Source: Planctomycetota bacterium (GTDB lineage Bacteria; Planctomycetota; UBA1135; UBA2386). From it: 64,000 nucleotides of DNA. The notes beneath the pieces were generated by a model. The model did not search any database, was not told the origin of the DNA, and saw only the letters and a list, made by a program, of their open reading frames with translations. The DNA lies in NCBI GenBank assembly GCA_046290465.1, contig JBKAGP010000001.1, positions 1,344,001-1,408,000 on the forward strand, written 5' to 3'. Positions 26,323 to 39,336 of the stretch are shown here, piece after piece; position 1 is the first letter of the stretch, and every line of letters starts with the position of its first letter. The translations under genes and the position numbers were made by a program.

Positions 26323-28833
26323 ATGAACCCCAACTCGTCCCGTGCGGCCGCCTCGATCGGCGCCGCGTTCCTGGCCACCAGCCTGTGCGCACCGTTCGCC
26401 GCGGCGCAGTGCCCCACCGTGCCCGCCCCCGGCCTCGGCATGCCGGGCGTCAACGACATCGTGCACGTGGTGCACCGCTGGGACCCGGACGGCCCCGGCC
26501 CGCAGCCCGAGCTGGTCGTGCTCGGCGGCCGCTTCGACGTCGCCGGCAGCCGGCCCTCGCCGCTGCTCGCAGCACTCGACCCGGCGACCGGCCAGCTGTC
26601 CACCCTGCCCAACACGTCGTTCTACGGCGTCGAGATCAACGCGGCGGTGACGATGCCGAACGGCGACCTGGTCGTCGCCGGCTACTTCGGCAACACCGGC
26701 CAGACGCTGGCCTTCGGCATCGCGCGCTTCGACGGCCAGAACTGGTCGCCGATCGGCAACGGCGTCGGCCAGAACGTGCGGGCGCTGGCGGTGCTGCCAA
26801 ACGGCGACCTGATCGCGGCGGGAGGCTTCCAGCTGACCGGGACCCCGGGACAGACCGCGATCGCGCGCTGGGACGGTTCGCAGTGGAGCGCGCTCGGCAT
26901 CGCCGACGGCACCCTGCAGACGTCGATCGAGACCACCTTCGTCGCCGCCAACGGCGACCTGATCGTCGGCGGCCTGTTCGACACCGTCGACGGCGTGCCG
27001 GCGCGCAACATCGCCCGCTGGAACGGCAGCCAGTGGCAGGCGTTCGGCGCCGGTGCCGATGCGACCGTGCGCGACGTGAGCCAGGACACCGCCGGCAACC
27101 TGATCGTCGCCGGCCAGTTCGTCTCGTTCGACGGCGTGCCGTGCGGCTTCCTGGTGCGCCAGAACGGCGCCACCTGGACGCCGCTGTTCCCGCCGCCGGC
27201 GGTCACGTTCGGCGCGGTGCTGGACGTGCAGCCGCTGCCCGACGGTCGCCTGGTCGCGTGCGGTTCGACCAACTCCTTCAGCGGCGCCGCGGTCGGCATC
27301 TACGCCGGCGGCAGTTGGACGAGCCCGCCGGCACTCGGCTCGGTCACGACCGGCGCCGGCATCCCACGTTCGCTGTGCGCGCTGCCCGACGGCAGCGTCG
27401 TCTGCGGCGGCCTGTTCCGCATGGCCGGCGACCAGCCGTGCAACCACGTCGCCCGACTCGACCTGCTGTCGGCGACGCCGTCGTGGTCGACGTTCGGTGC
27501 CGGCAGCAACGGCCAGGTGCGGGTGGTCCTGCGGGCCCGCGACGACACCGTCTACGCCGGTGGCGACTTCACGATGCTCGAGAACGTGCCGGCACAGCAC
27601 CTGGCGCGGCGGACGGCGGGCGGCAGCTGGCAGCCGTTCGGCGCGCCGATCAACGGCAGCGTGCACCGCATCGTCGAGCGGCCGGACGGCGAGGTCTTCG
27701 TCAGCGGTAGCTTCACCACCATCGGTGGCGTCGCGGCGGACCGCGTCGCGCGCTGGGACGGCAGCCAGTGGCACGCGATGGGCAGCGGCTCCTCGTTCGA
27801 GGTCAACCGCATGGAACTCGACCGCAGCGGCGACGTGATCGCCCAGGGCTCGTTCCCGACCGGCAACACGTTCTTGCCGACGGCACGCTGGGACGGCACC
27901 GCGTGGCAGCCGTTCGGCAGCAACGCGCCGCTGGTCGGCGGCGGCTCGATCACCCAGCTCGGCGGCCTGATCGCCGCGACGCCGGCCGGCGACCTGCTGG
28001 CGACCGCGTTCACGACGACCGGCCCGGCGCTGGTGCGCTGGGACGGCTCGGCGTGGCACCCGTTCGCGCCGATGCCGCCGACGCTCGGCGCGCGCCTGCT
28101 GCCGCTGCCCGGCGGCCAGCTGGTGTTCGGCGACATGATCTGGGACGGCGCCAGCTGGCAGCCGCACGGCCTCGCCGGTGACGGCGGCGCGACCGCCCCC
28201 CGCCCCGACGGCAGCAGCTGGCTCGCCACCAACACCGCCAACTCCGACACCAACCTCTACGCCGGCACGCCGCAGGGCTGGCAACTGGTCGCCGAGGGCG
28301 TCGACTTCATCACCACGCTCGCGACCGAACGCGACGGCACGCTGTGGGTCGGCGGCAGCCTGCTCGACTTCGGCGGGGTCGGCGGCGCCTTCCTGGCGCG
28401 GCTCGAACCGACCTGCCCGGCCGCCGTCAGCGGCGCCGGCACCGGCTGCCTCGGCGCCGCCGGACCGTTGGTGCAGCAGGCCGACGCGTTCGCCTTCGCC
28501 GGTGGAACGGCCAGCGCAGCCTTGTCCGGTGCACCGGCCGGCGCGCTGGTGCTGCACACGATCGGCTTCGCACCGCAGGTGTTGCCGCTCGCCAACGTGC
28601 TGCCGCAGGCGCTGCCCAACTGCACGCTGTGGCACACCGGAGACGTGGTGCTCGGGCCGGCGGTGGCCACGACGGCGCCGACGACGCTGGCCCTGACGAT
28701 CCCCAACGCGGCCGCGCTGGCCGGAGCGGACTACCGAACCCAGGCGGCGGTGCTCGAACTGCTGCCGGTCGGTGGGCTCGCGTCCCTGGCGACCAGCAAC
28801 GCGCTGCGCTGGACCATCGGCTCGCTGCAGTAG
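26323..28833 (+). CDS. Secreted beta-propeller repeat protein with lineage-typical C-terminal domain
   Basis: Signal peptide; repeated PNGDLxxxGxF...IARWDGxxW units; IPNAAALAG...Q...TSNAL tail. Confidence 0.88.
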   Translation: MNPNSSRAAASIGAAFLATSLCAPFAAAQCPTVPAPGLGMPGVNDIVHVVHRWDPDGPGPQPELVVLGGRFDVAGSRPSPLLAALDPATGQLSTLPNTSFYGVEINAAVTMPNGDLVVAGYFGNTGQTLAFGIARFDGQNWSPIGNGVGQNVRALAVLPNGDLIAAGGFQLTGTPGQTAIARWDGSQWSALGIADGTLQTSIETTFVAANGDLIVGGLFDTVDGVPARNIARWNGSQWQAFGAGADATVRDVSQDTAGNLIVAGQFVSFDGVPCGFLVRQNGATWTPLFPPPAVTFGAVLDVQPLPDGRLVACGSTNSFSGAAVGIYAGGSWTSPPALGSVTTGAGIPRSLCALPDGSVVCGGLFRMAGDQPCNHVARLDLLSATPSWSTFGAGSNGQVRVVLRARDDTVYAGGDFTMLENVPAQHLARRTAGGSWQPFGAPINGSVHRIVERPDGEVFVSGSFTTIGGVAADRVARWDGSQWHAMGSGSSFEVNRMELDRSGDVIAQGSFPTGNTFLPTARWDGTAWQPFGSNAPLVGGGSITQLGGLIAATPAGDLLATAFTTTGPALVRWDGSAWHPFAPMPPTLGARLLPLPGGQLVFGDMIWDGASWQPHGLAGDGGATAPRPDGSSWLATNTANSDTNLYAGTPQGWQLVAEGVDFITTLATERDGTLWVGGSLLDFGGVGGAFLARLEPTCPAAVSGAGTGCLGAAGPLVQQADAFAFAGGTASAALSGAPAGALVLHTIGFAPQVLPLANVLPQALPNCTLWHTGDVVLGPAVATTAPTTLALTIPNAAALAGADYRTQAAVLELLPVGGLASLATSNALRWTIGSLQ

Positions 28834-28840
28834 CGCCGGT

Positions 28841-29623
28841 TCAGCACGAGCGCGGCCGGGCGAAGCCGCGCTCGCCGCCGACGAAGAAGTGCAGGAAGTC
28901 GCGCCCGGCCGGCTCGAGCCCGCACTGCCGCGCATCGATCGCCGCCGCCGCGCGGGTCCGGAAGTCACCCGGGCCGGCATAGACGGCGTGGTAGGCGCGC
29001 TTGAGATCGCGCAGCACGTCGGCGTCCATGCGGGCGCGGCGCAGGCCGACGAAGTTCAGGCCGCGCACCTCGTTGCGTTCGGCAGCCATCGAGAACGGCG
29101 GCACGTCGTACGACATCGACGCGTTGCCGCCGACCATCGCCCGCGCGCCGACGCGCACGAACTGGTGGATGCCGGCACCACCACCGAGGAACGTGCCGTT
29201 GCCGACCAGCACGTGTCCGGCCAGCATCACGTTGTTGGCCAGCGTGACCTCGTCGCCGACCACACAGTCGTGGCCGACGTGGCTGTTGGCCATCAACAGG
29301 CAGTCCTCGCCGACGTGCGTCAAGCCGTTCTCGCGGGTCGGCCGGCTGATCGTCACGCCCTCCCGCAGCACCGTGCGCGCGCCGACGCGCACGCAGCCCG
29401 TCGGCGTCGCGTCGACGCGCATCTGCGGGCGGCCACCGACCGTGCAGAAGCTGTCGACCCGGCAGCCGGCTCCCAGGCGCGAGCCCGAACGCACGACGCA
29501 GTGCTCGGCCAATTCGGTGCCGGGTTCGATGGTGACCCCCGCCTCGACGATCGAGAAGGCGCCCACAAGGACGTCGGCCGCGAGCACGGCCGAGGGGTCG
29601 ACGACAGCTGTCGGGTGGATCAT
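28841..29623 (-). CDS. lpxA: Acyl-ACP--UDP-N-acetylglucosamine O-acyltransferase
   Basis: IHPTAVVD, hexapeptide repeats, MANSHVGHDC, LAGHV, IHQFVRVG, DVPPF, GLNFVGLRR. Confidence 0.9.
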   Translation of the reverse strand: MIHPTAVVDPSAVLAADVLVGAFSIVEAGVTIEPGTELAEHCVVRSGSRLGAGCRVDSFCTVGGRPQMRVDATPTGCVRVGARTVLREGVTISRPTRENGLTHVGEDCLLMANSHVGHDCVVGDEVTLANNVMLAGHVLVGNGTFLGGGAGIHQFVRVGARAMVGGNASMSYDVPPFSMAAERNEVRGLNFVGLRRARMDADVLRDLKRAYHAVYAGPGDFRTRAAAAIDARQCGLEPAGRDFLHFFVGGERGFARPRSC

Positions 29624-30834
29624 GCGTTCCCGTCAGCGTAGCGGCCATCGCGGCCGACACCTACTGCCGCGGTCTGCCCGGCCGCCGCGACCCGGTCGAA
29701 AGCGCGGTCGAGGTCGCCGATCAGGTCGTCGACGTGCTCGATGCCGACGCTCAGCCGCACCAGCCCGTCGCCGATGCCCGCGGTCCGCCGCGCCTCGGCC
29801 GACATCGCCGCGTGCGTCATCGTCGCCGGGTGCGCGACCAGGCTCTCGACGCCGCCGAGCGACTCCGCCAGCGTGAAGCAACCCAGCCCGGCGAACAGCG
29901 CGCGCACCTCGGCCTCCCCGGCCAGTTCGAACGCCAGCATGCCGCCGAAGCCGTGCTGCTGGCGCTTGGCCAGCTCGTGGTCCGGGTGGCTCGCGAGGCC
30001 CGGGTAGTGCACGGCCAGCACCTCGGGCCGCTGCTGCAGCCAGACGGCGATCGCCTGCGCGTTCTGCTCGTGCTGCCGCATCCGGACCGCCAGCGTGCGC
30101 AGGCCGCGCAGGGACAGCCAGCTGTCGAACGGCGCACCGGTGATGCCGAGCGCGTTGGCCCACCAGACCAGCTGCTCGTGCAGCGCCGCCGCGCGCGCGA
30201 CCACGGCGCCGCCGACCACGTCGCTGTGGCCGTTGACGTACTTGGTCGTCGAGTGCACGACGAAGTCCGCACCGAGCTGCAGCGGGCTTTGGCCGACCGG
30301 CGAACAGAACGTGTTGTCGACCACGAACCACGCCCCGACCTCACGGCACTTCGCGGCGAGCGCGCGCAGGTCGACCAGCCGCAGCAGCGGATTGGACGGC
30401 GACTCGGCCCAGACGATGCGCGGCCGCCGCGCCAGCGCCGCAGCGAGCGCGCGCTCGTCGCGCTGGTCGACGAACAGCACCTCGAAGTGGCCCTTGCGCG
30501 CCAGCGCGTCGACCAGCCGCCAGGTGCCGCCGTAGCCGTCGTGCGGCACGACCAGCAGGTCCTGCGGTTCGAGCTGGTGCAGCAGCAGCGTGATCGCCGA
30601 CATGCCGGTCGAGGTCACCACCGCGCCGGCCCCGCCCTCGAGCTCGGCCAGCGCCTGCGCGAACTCGTCGCGGGTCGGGTTGCCCGAGCGCGTGTAGTCG
30701 TAGGGCCGCTTCTGGTCGAAGCCGGCGAACGAGTAGTTGGCCGACAGGTACAGCGGCGGCGCCACCGAACCGTGGGTCGGGTCGCCGTTGATGCCGCACT
30801 GCACGGCGGCCGTATGCGGGTGGCGGCGGCTCAT
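29620..30834 (-). CDS. metB: Cystathionine gamma-synthase
   Basis: YDYTRSGNPTR, ESPSNP, VDNTF, HSTTKYVNGHSD, LAESLGGVESL; ATGA-coupled start. Confidence 0.92.
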   Translation of the reverse strand: MSRRHPHTAAVQCGINGDPTHGSVAPPLYLSANYSFAGFDQKRPYDYTRSGNPTRDEFAQALAELEGGAGAVVTSTGMSAITLLLHQLEPQDLLVVPHDGYGGTWRLVDALARKGHFEVLFVDQRDERALAAALARRPRIVWAESPSNPLLRLVDLRALAAKCREVGAWFVVDNTFCSPVGQSPLQLGADFVVHSTTKYVNGHSDVVGGAVVARAAALHEQLVWWANALGITGAPFDSWLSLRGLRTLAVRMRQHEQNAQAIAVWLQQRPEVLAVHYPGLASHPDHELAKRQQHGFGGMLAFELAGEAEVRALFAGLGCFTLAESLGGVESLVAHPATMTHAAMSAEARRTAGIGDGLVRLSVGIEHVDDLIGDLDRAFDRVAAAGQTAAVGVGRDGRYADGNA

Positions 30835-31805
30835 CGCAGCGCCTCCCGGACGAACGCCGACACGGCCTTGGTCTCCTTCAGGAAGCCGTCGTGGCCATAC
30901 AGCGTGCGCAGCTCGCGGTGGCCGCGCAGGTCCGGCAGCGCCAGCGCGAGTTCGCGCACGTCGGCCGGCGGCACCAGCTGGTCGCTGTCGAACGCACACA
31001 CGAACGTCGGCACGCGCAGCTCGCGCGGATCGACGCGGTGCGCATCGATCGAGCGGTTGCAGCACAAGAACTGCTCGGCGTTCCACGCGTCGGCGAAGCT
31101 GCTGCCACGCGCGTCGAGCCAGCCGGCCAGCCGGTCGTCGTCGAGGCCGCCGTCGAAGCGCTCGCGAAGCTCGTCCGGCGAGCGGTAGGTGGTCATCGCC
31201 AACGCCCGCGCCAGTTCGAGCTCGCGCCCGCCGTCGCCGCGCCGCAGGCCGAGTTCGACGAGCTGCCGCTGCACGTGACGCCACGCGCTCGCCTGCGCGT
31301 GGCTGCGGTGCGCGGCCGCGATCGAGACCAGCCGGCCGCAGCGCCGGGGCTGCTGCGCCGCCGCCTGTTGCGCGACCATGCCGCCGTAGCTGCACCCGAC
31401 GATCGCGTGCACCTGGTCGACGCGGAGCGCGTCACAGAGCGCCCACAGCGCGCGCGCCTGGTCGCGCACGTCGACGAACGGGAACGCCTCGCCGCGGTCC
31501 GGCGTCGTCGAGTTGCCGGCACCGCCGAGCCAGTCGAACGACAGCACCTGGAAGCGCGACGTGTCGACGCCGAGGCCCGGGCCGGCGACCCCCTCCCACC
31601 AGCCGCGCTCGGGCAGGGCCGCGTGCGCGCTGACGTGGCGGTGCGCGGAGATGCCGCCGAGCACGACCACCACCGGCGCGTGCTGCGGCCCCTGCCGTTC
31701 GTAGGCCAGCACCGCTCCGTCGAGCGTGCCGCCACGGACCAGCGGGAACGGCGACGGCAGGTGGCACAGCTCGACGCCCCACGGCAACGTGATCGCGGCG
31801 CTCAT
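30831..31805 (-). CDS. metX: Homoserine O-acyltransferase (MetX family)
   Basis: GGISA, GCSYGGMV nucleophile elbow, YGHDGFLKE; ATGA-coupled start. Confidence 0.9.
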   Translation of the reverse strand: MSAAITLPWGVELCHLPSPFPLVRGGTLDGAVLAYERQGPQHAPVVVVLGGISAHRHVSAHAALPERGWWEGVAGPGLGVDTSRFQVLSFDWLGGAGNSTTPDRGEAFPFVDVRDQARALWALCDALRVDQVHAIVGCSYGGMVAQQAAAQQPRRCGRLVSIAAAHRSHAQASAWRHVQRQLVELGLRRGDGGRELELARALAMTTYRSPDELRERFDGGLDDDRLAGWLDARGSSFADAWNAEQFLCCNRSIDAHRVDPRELRVPTFVCAFDSDQLVPPADVRELALALPDLRGHRELRTLYGHDGFLKETKAVSAFVREALR

Positions 31806-32899
31806 CGCGACACCTCCCGCAGCTGCGCGGCCACGTCGACCCACAGCGCTTCGGCGGTGCGTTGGTAGCCGACCCCGAGGCCGGTGTGCACGCGCAGGCC
31901 CGATGGCAGTTCGTAGCCGTAGACGACCCGGTCGGCCGGCGCCGCCAGCGGCGAGCCCAGCACCACCTCCTCGAAGCCGACGCGCAGGTCGCGACCGTCG
32001 CGACCGGCGCGCGCGACCAGGCGGGTGGTCGCACCGCGACGGGCGCGCTCCTGCAGCTGCCCGCTGTCGAGTTCGCGCACGTCCTGCCGCACCACCGCGT
32101 CGAACGACGGCGCTTCGCAGAAGGTCTCGCCGAACACCGCCGACCAGACGCACAGCAGCTTGACCGCGGCGTCGCTGCCGTCGAGGTCGAGGTCCGCGTC
32201 CGGCTCGAGGAAGCCAAGTCGCTCGGCCTCCGCGATGCCCGCCGCGATCGTGGCGCCCTGCTCGACGGCGCTGACGATCGCCGTCGTGGTCACGTTGCCG
32301 ACCAGCGCCAGGCCGCGCGCGTCCCGGCGCAGCTCGTCGAGCTCTTCGACCAGCTGGGCGCCGGTGCCCCCGAGCACGGCGTTGATGCCGAGGCGCGCCC
32401 GCGTCGCCGGCGCCAGCCAGTCGGCGGCCCGGCGCGCCAGCGCGTTCTTGCTGCACAGCAGCAGCGACGCACCGCTCTGCAGCGCCGCGCGACCGCGCTG
32501 GATCGCGGCATCGGTGCCCTCGGCGCCCGATGGCGTCGCGTCGACGACGAGGTCGGCCGCGACCACGCGGATCGCCAGCTCGGTCGGGATCGCCTCGGCG
32601 CCCGGCCACGCTGCGATCGCCGAACCCTCGGCCTTGTGCGCCAGCAGCGCATCGACCGGCAGCCCGTCGCGCGAGTAGGTCGTGCCCGAGCTGTCGCTGA
32701 TCGCGACGACGCGGACCCCGGCGTCCCGTTCGCGGAGCTGGCGCAGGAACGCGCGGCCGACCTGGCCGGGCCCGATCAGGTGCACGGTCGAACGCCCCGG
32801 CGACTGGCCGGACGACAGGAACGCGTCCTGCGAACCGGCGGCGGTCGCTGACGTCGGAGAGGAAGGGCCACCGGCGGTGGCGGGAATCGAATCGCTCAT
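31802..32899 (-). CDS. hom: Homoserine dehydrogenase
   Basis: IGPGQVG Rossmann motif, GFLEPDADLDLDGSDAAVKL; met operon context. Confidence 0.85.
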   Translation of the reverse strand: MSDSIPATAGGPSSPTSATAAGSQDAFLSSGQSPGRSTVHLIGPGQVGRAFLRQLRERDAGVRVVAISDSSGTTYSRDGLPVDALLAHKAEGSAIAAWPGAEAIPTELAIRVVAADLVVDATPSGAEGTDAAIQRGRAALQSGASLLLCSKNALARRAADWLAPATRARLGINAVLGGTGAQLVEELDELRRDARGLALVGNVTTTAIVSAVEQGATIAAGIAEAERLGFLEPDADLDLDGSDAAVKLLCVWSAVFGETFCEAPSFDAVVRQDVRELDSGQLQERARRGATTRLVARAGRDGRDLRVGFEEVVLGSPLAAPADRVVYGYELPSGLRVHTGLGVGYQRTAEALWVDVAAQLREVSR

Positions 32900-33010
32900 C
32901 GGAACACGGCTCTCTCGGGCCCGTTCGCCAGGATTCGCGCGGCCGATGGGCCCGCGGGCCAGACCGACGGTGCGCCCGCAGGCGCAACCGGATGCCGGTT
33001 GGCTCACAAG

Positions 33011-33139
33011 CTCATCTTTCGACCACCTTGCCCTCCGTTGGGCACGGCGACGGCCGCGGGAATTGGCACCTGCTCGCAGCGTGGCTGCGCGTGGTTGCCC
33101 CAGCGTCGTCGGGCCCGTCCCTCGGCTGGTCTGGATGAG
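33011..33139 (-). promoter_or_regulatory. SAM-I (S-box) riboswitch
   Basis: CTCATCCAGA...GAGGGACGGGCCCGACGA...GGCAACC...GGTGCCAATTCC...GAAAGATGAG upstream of met genes. Confidence 0.93.
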
Positions 33140-33197
33140 TTGTCGAGCGATTCGTATCGACAGACCGACGGGCCGTCAAGAGGGCGATCCCGGACCG

Positions 33198-34802
33198 TCA
33201 GCGATTCTTGCGCCGCTGAACTGCCTGCAACAGCTTCGGAGCGGCCCAGTCGTCGGGCCGCTCGGCGAGCACTTCGAGCAGCAGCGTCTCGGCTTCGTCG
33301 AGGCGGTTGCGGCGAGCGAAGTAATTGGCGAGCGCCATCTTCGCCTGCGGAAAGAACAGCTCGCCCGAGCTCTCGTAGACCTCGGTCAACTCGGCCTCGG
33401 CATCGCCGTGTCGCCCGACCGTGCCGCGGATCAGGGCGCGAACCTCGCGCAGCGGTGGATCCACCATCAGCACCCAGGACGCCGCGCGTTCCACCTGCGC
33501 CAAGGCACGATCGGCCCGCGCAGGATCGAACGATTGCGCCGCATACATCTTGGTCTTGATCGGCTGCTGCGCCGCCTCCATCGCACCCGCGCGCAGGCGC
33601 TGGCCGACGAACGTGTGCGCGGTGAACGCGAGCCACGCACCGAGCAGCACCAGCGCCACGTTGCCGGCACGGGTGCGCCTGCCACCCTGCTTGAGCACGG
33701 TGTGTTGGAAGCGGACGTCGCCCTGCCACCACAAGCGCGCGAACAGCATCGCGAACACCGCGGTGATCACGCCGAGGCCCACCGACATCAAAAACGGCAC
33801 GCCCTCGCCGAACCAGGCACCGCGAAAGGTCCACTGCACGGCGACGACGGCCACCACGGCCATCAGCACCTCCTCGGCCCAGACGAAGTCGGCCCGCTGC
33901 CGGATGCGCTGCTGGCTGGTCGCAAGCGGCTTGGGCTTGGCGATGCCGATCGACAGCGCGTTGGTCGGACAGACCGAGACGCAGTCGAGGCACTTCATGC
34001 AGCCCGGGTCGACGATCTGCTTGTGGCGGGCGACCTCCTCGTGCACCCGCACGTTCGACGTGCAGACGCTGGTGCAGTGACCGCACGCATTGCACGCGTC
34101 GTTGACCTTGACGCGCACCGGCGCGACCCGGTCGGCGAGCGTGAAGAACGCGCCGTACGGGCAGCCGTAGGTGCAGAAGCCCTTGGCGCCGAGCCACCAG
34201 ACGATCAGGAACCCGACCACCAGGAAGGTGCCGATCCCCATGATCGGTCCCGGAAAGGTCTGCCACAGATCCTGCGTGGTCAGCTCCCACCGCCACCCCG
34301 ACGGCCGCGGCCCCTCATCGGAAGAGATCCAGCGCTCGATGTGGGGCCAGCCGAACATGAAGAACGCCACCACCCATGGCGCCAGCACCAGCAACCGCGA
34401 GCGCAGCGGCCGCGGCTTCAGGCCCAGTTTGTGCAGCAACCAGGCACACAGGTCCTGCAGCGCCACGACGTGGCAGGCCCAGCCGCAGAACCACCGCCCG
34501 AAGATCAGCGTCGTCGCGATCAGGCCGGCGAACAGCAGGAAGCCGGCGTTGATCTCGCCTTGCTCGAAGGTCTGCATCGCCTCCGACGGCTCGACCGGGG
34601 TCACCGACTCGCCGGTCGCAAGCCAGTGCCAGATGTGCACGCCGATCAGCACGTGCACCAGGACCAGCACCCACGCGCGCAGCCTCGAAACCCTCGATCG
34701 GCGCACGCCCTGGCCCTTGGGCTTGTGGCGGTCCTGCCGCGGCAGCGCGGCGAGCGGGTCGTGGGTCGGAGGCTGCGTGGCCGTCATCGGGGCGAGCAGC
34801 AT
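33198..34802 (-). CDS. Membrane 4Fe-4S binding (NapH/polyferredoxin-like) protein with C-terminal TPR
   Basis: GRWFCGWAC, FCTYGCPYG, CNACGHCTSVC, CMKCLDCVSVCP. Confidence 0.88.
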   Translation of the reverse strand: MLLAPMTATQPPTHDPLAALPRQDRHKPKGQGVRRSRVSRLRAWVLVLVHVLIGVHIWHWLATGESVTPVEPSEAMQTFEQGEINAGFLLFAGLIATTLIFGRWFCGWACHVVALQDLCAWLLHKLGLKPRPLRSRLLVLAPWVVAFFMFGWPHIERWISSDEGPRPSGWRWELTTQDLWQTFPGPIMGIGTFLVVGFLIVWWLGAKGFCTYGCPYGAFFTLADRVAPVRVKVNDACNACGHCTSVCTSNVRVHEEVARHKQIVDPGCMKCLDCVSVCPTNALSIGIAKPKPLATSQQRIRQRADFVWAEEVLMAVVAVVAVQWTFRGAWFGEGVPFLMSVGLGVITAVFAMLFARLWWQGDVRFQHTVLKQGGRRTRAGNVALVLLGAWLAFTAHTFVGQRLRAGAMEAAQQPIKTKMYAAQSFDPARADRALAQVERAASWVLMVDPPLREVRALIRGTVGRHGDAEAELTEVYESSGELFFPQAKMALANYFARRNRLDEAETLLLEVLAERPDDWAAPKLLQAVQRRKNR

Positions 34803-34870
34803 ACCGGACGCCGGCAGCGCCGTCCGATTGCATTCGCAGCGCCCGGGCGCGATCGTCTGCGGCCAGAACG

Positions 34871-36556
<1,686 letters not shown>

Positions 36557-36585
36557 GCGGCGCGGCGCGGAACGGAGCTGTCCGC

Positions 36586-36641
36586 GCCACACCCAGCGGG
36601 CCACTTCCAGCAGGCCACGTCCAGCAGGCCACGTCCAGCGG
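36586..36641. repeat. 14-bp imperfect tandem repeat GCCACGTCCAGCAG x4
   Basis: Units at 36586, 36600, 36614, 36628. Confidence 0.85.
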
Positions 36642-36711
36642 GGACGCAGCCGAGCGCGCGGACCCGACAGTCCAGACTCGACAGCGCAAACCCGACAGCG
36701 CAGGCCCCGCA

Positions 36712-36774
36712 GCGCCGCCAACCGTGATCGCGGAAGCGGCGTGTACGCGGGCGGGCGGGGCTTTGCCCCGCTAG
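36712..36774 (-). repeat. Partial inverted copy of CTAG-bounded 83-bp dispersed element
   Basis: Reverse complement matches CTAGCGGGCAAAGCCCCG...CGCGTACACGCCGCTTCCGCGATCACGGT. Confidence 0.88.
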
Positions 36775-38210
36775 CCGCGGATGACCAGCTCCGACGGGTT
36801 GGTCATCGACAGCTGCTGCTGCTGGTCGAGCATGATCGCCTGGCAGTGCACCGACGAGCCCAGGAAGCTGGGCAGGTTGGGGATCTCGATCGGGTGGTAG
36901 ACGCGGTTGTCGGCGTTGATGTAGATCGTCTGCAGACCGGCGTCGGTCGGCACCCACCAGTTGCCCAGCGGCGTCGAGACCGGCGTCGGGAAGCGGTTGA
37001 ACGACAGCCACGGGACCGCAACCGCGCCGTTCTGGCCGCGCACGCAGATCGTCACCGACGCGCCCAGCGTCTTGTTGGAGACCGACGAGATCTGCGCCGA
37101 CGGGTAGGCCTCGCTCTGGTGCACGTAGCGGCCCAGCTCGTCGGCACCGTAGTCGCCGGTGTCGTGCGTCAGGTAGTAGAGGTTGCCGTCCGGACCGGTC
37201 AGCACGTCGAAGCCCTGGCCCGGCAGGTCGTCGAAGATCGCCTGGTTGACGACGTGGTCACCGGTCGCATCGAGCCACAGCACGCGCAGCTCGTTGGCGT
37301 TGTAGTTGGTGAAGAACCACGCGTTCTTGTAGAGCGCCGGGTAGTGGTCGCCGGTGTAGAAGCAGGTACCGGTCGGCGCCGAGGTCGGATGGTAGAACGC
37401 CAGCGGGTCGACCAGCGTCGGGTCGGGCGTGCTCTCCTGCCCTTCGTGGATCGGCCAGCCGTAGTTGCCGCCACCGACGATGTGGTTGATCTCGTCCATC
37501 CACGAACCGCCGTTCTCGGTCTGGTAGAGATCCCCGCTGACCGGGTGCACCGTCAGGCCGAACGTGTTGCGGTGGCCGTACGACCACACCGCGTTGCCGA
37601 ACGGGTTGCTCGCCGGCACGGTCAGGTTCGGCACCTCGTAGCGCAGGATCTTGCCGCGCAGGCTGCCGGTGTTCTGCGCCCAGGCCGCGCCCAGCGCGTC
37701 GCCGGTCGCGACGTAGAGGTGGCCGTCGTGGCCGAACACCATCGAGCCGGCGTTGTGGTAGAGCGCCGCGTCGATGTCCCCCGTCTGGGTCAGCACCGTC
37801 AGGTTGGTGCCGACGCCGCCCTGGTCGCGCAGCCGCGCGATCCGGTTCTCGCTGCCACCGGGAGCGGTGTAGTAGACGTAGACGTAGCCGTTGCTGACGA
37901 AGCCGGGGTCGACCGCGATGCCGAGCAGGCCCGCTTCGGCCCACTGGCCGCCCGAGTGCACGCTGATCGTCGCCCAGGGGGCTGCCTGCAGCTGGCCGTC
38001 CTGGAACACGCGGACGTTGCCGGTGGCGCGTTCGGTGATCAGCAGGCGACCGTCCGGCGTGAACGCCATCGCGGTCGCGCGATCGAGCGGACCGTCGACG
38101 AGGGTCTCATAGGTGAAGCCCGCCGGCGGGTTCTGCGCAGCGAGCTCACCCGAGAGGGTCAGCGCGGCTGCAACGGTGGCGGATCCGAGGAGGTTGCGGA
38201 GCGAGAGCAT
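36771..38210 (-). CDS. PQQ-dependent sugar dehydrogenase (GSDH-like propeller) with lineage-typical C-terminal domain
   Basis: EAGLLGIAVDP, HNAGSMVFG, GKILR, YGHRNTFG, DEIN, NYGWP. Confidence 0.9.
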   Translation of the reverse strand: MLSLRNLLGSATVAAALTLSGELAAQNPPAGFTYETLVDGPLDRATAMAFTPDGRLLITERATGNVRVFQDGQLQAAPWATISVHSGGQWAEAGLLGIAVDPGFVSNGYVYVYYTAPGGSENRIARLRDQGGVGTNLTVLTQTGDIDAALYHNAGSMVFGHDGHLYVATGDALGAAWAQNTGSLRGKILRYEVPNLTVPASNPFGNAVWSYGHRNTFGLTVHPVSGDLYQTENGGSWMDEINHIVGGGNYGWPIHEGQESTPDPTLVDPLAFYHPTSAPTGTCFYTGDHYPALYKNAWFFTNYNANELRVLWLDATGDHVVNQAIFDDLPGQGFDVLTGPDGNLYYLTHDTGDYGADELGRYVHQSEAYPSAQISSVSNKTLGASVTICVRGQNGAVAVPWLSFNRFPTPVSTPLGNWWVPTDAGLQTIYINADNRVYHPIEIPNLPSFLGSSVHCQAIMLDQQQQLSMTNPSELVIRG

Positions 38211-38344
38211 CAGGGAGAATGGCGAGGCCGGCCTTCAGGGGTGGTGTGGCCGTTGGGTCGCATCGCGAGGCGAGGGAACCTACGGACAAGGCCGCCCTAC
38301 GCAAGCATGACACGCTACGGCCACGGCGATTACGGTTTCCCTTT

Positions 38345-38473
38345 GCGGCACTCCGGATGACCCTGGAGCGCATCTCAGGGGCCTCCCGGTCGTGGTCGGG
38401 AAGCGCCGTTGTTATCGAGTGTACGGCGCCCGTGCTTGAGGCCGAGCGCGAGCATTCCGACGCACTTCGCCGT
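38345..38473. ncRNA. Candidate structured non-coding RNA
   Basis: Nested pairings CGGATG/CATTCCG and CTCAGG/CTTGAG enclosing hairpins TCCCGG/TCGGGA and GCGCCGT/ACGGCGC in a ~420-nt intergenic gap. Confidence 0.3.
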
Positions 38474-38630
38474 GCGTTTTCGTGAAGAAAAGCGGCGCGC
38501 GACCCGGCCCCGAAAACTCGCGCTCGCAGTCGACGGGGCGCTGCGAGCGCCCGCCGTCCGGACCAGCGAAACGGCCGGCTGGAGTGGCCAGCCGAATGGG
38601 TCTGCGGGATGGAGCAGCTAGAACGGCCTG

Positions 38631-39077
<447 letters not shown>

Positions 39078-39336
39078 GAGGTGTTGCTCTCTCTGTCGTT
39101 TCTGGCTGCTTGGGAGGGCGCGCCGCGCCGCCGCGGATCGCGCGATCCGGGCATCCTAGCGGGCCTGCACGCCGGGTTCCATCGAGAGCCTCGGCGGCTG
39201 CCCGGCGGGGCGGCATCGCCGGGCCACCGCGCAGGGCCACCGCGCGGGGCCACCGCGCGGGGAGCACGCGCCGGGGCTGCGGTCGGCGGGTTTGCCTGGC
39301 TGGCGGCCAAACCGGGCATTGGCTACGCTCTGCGCC

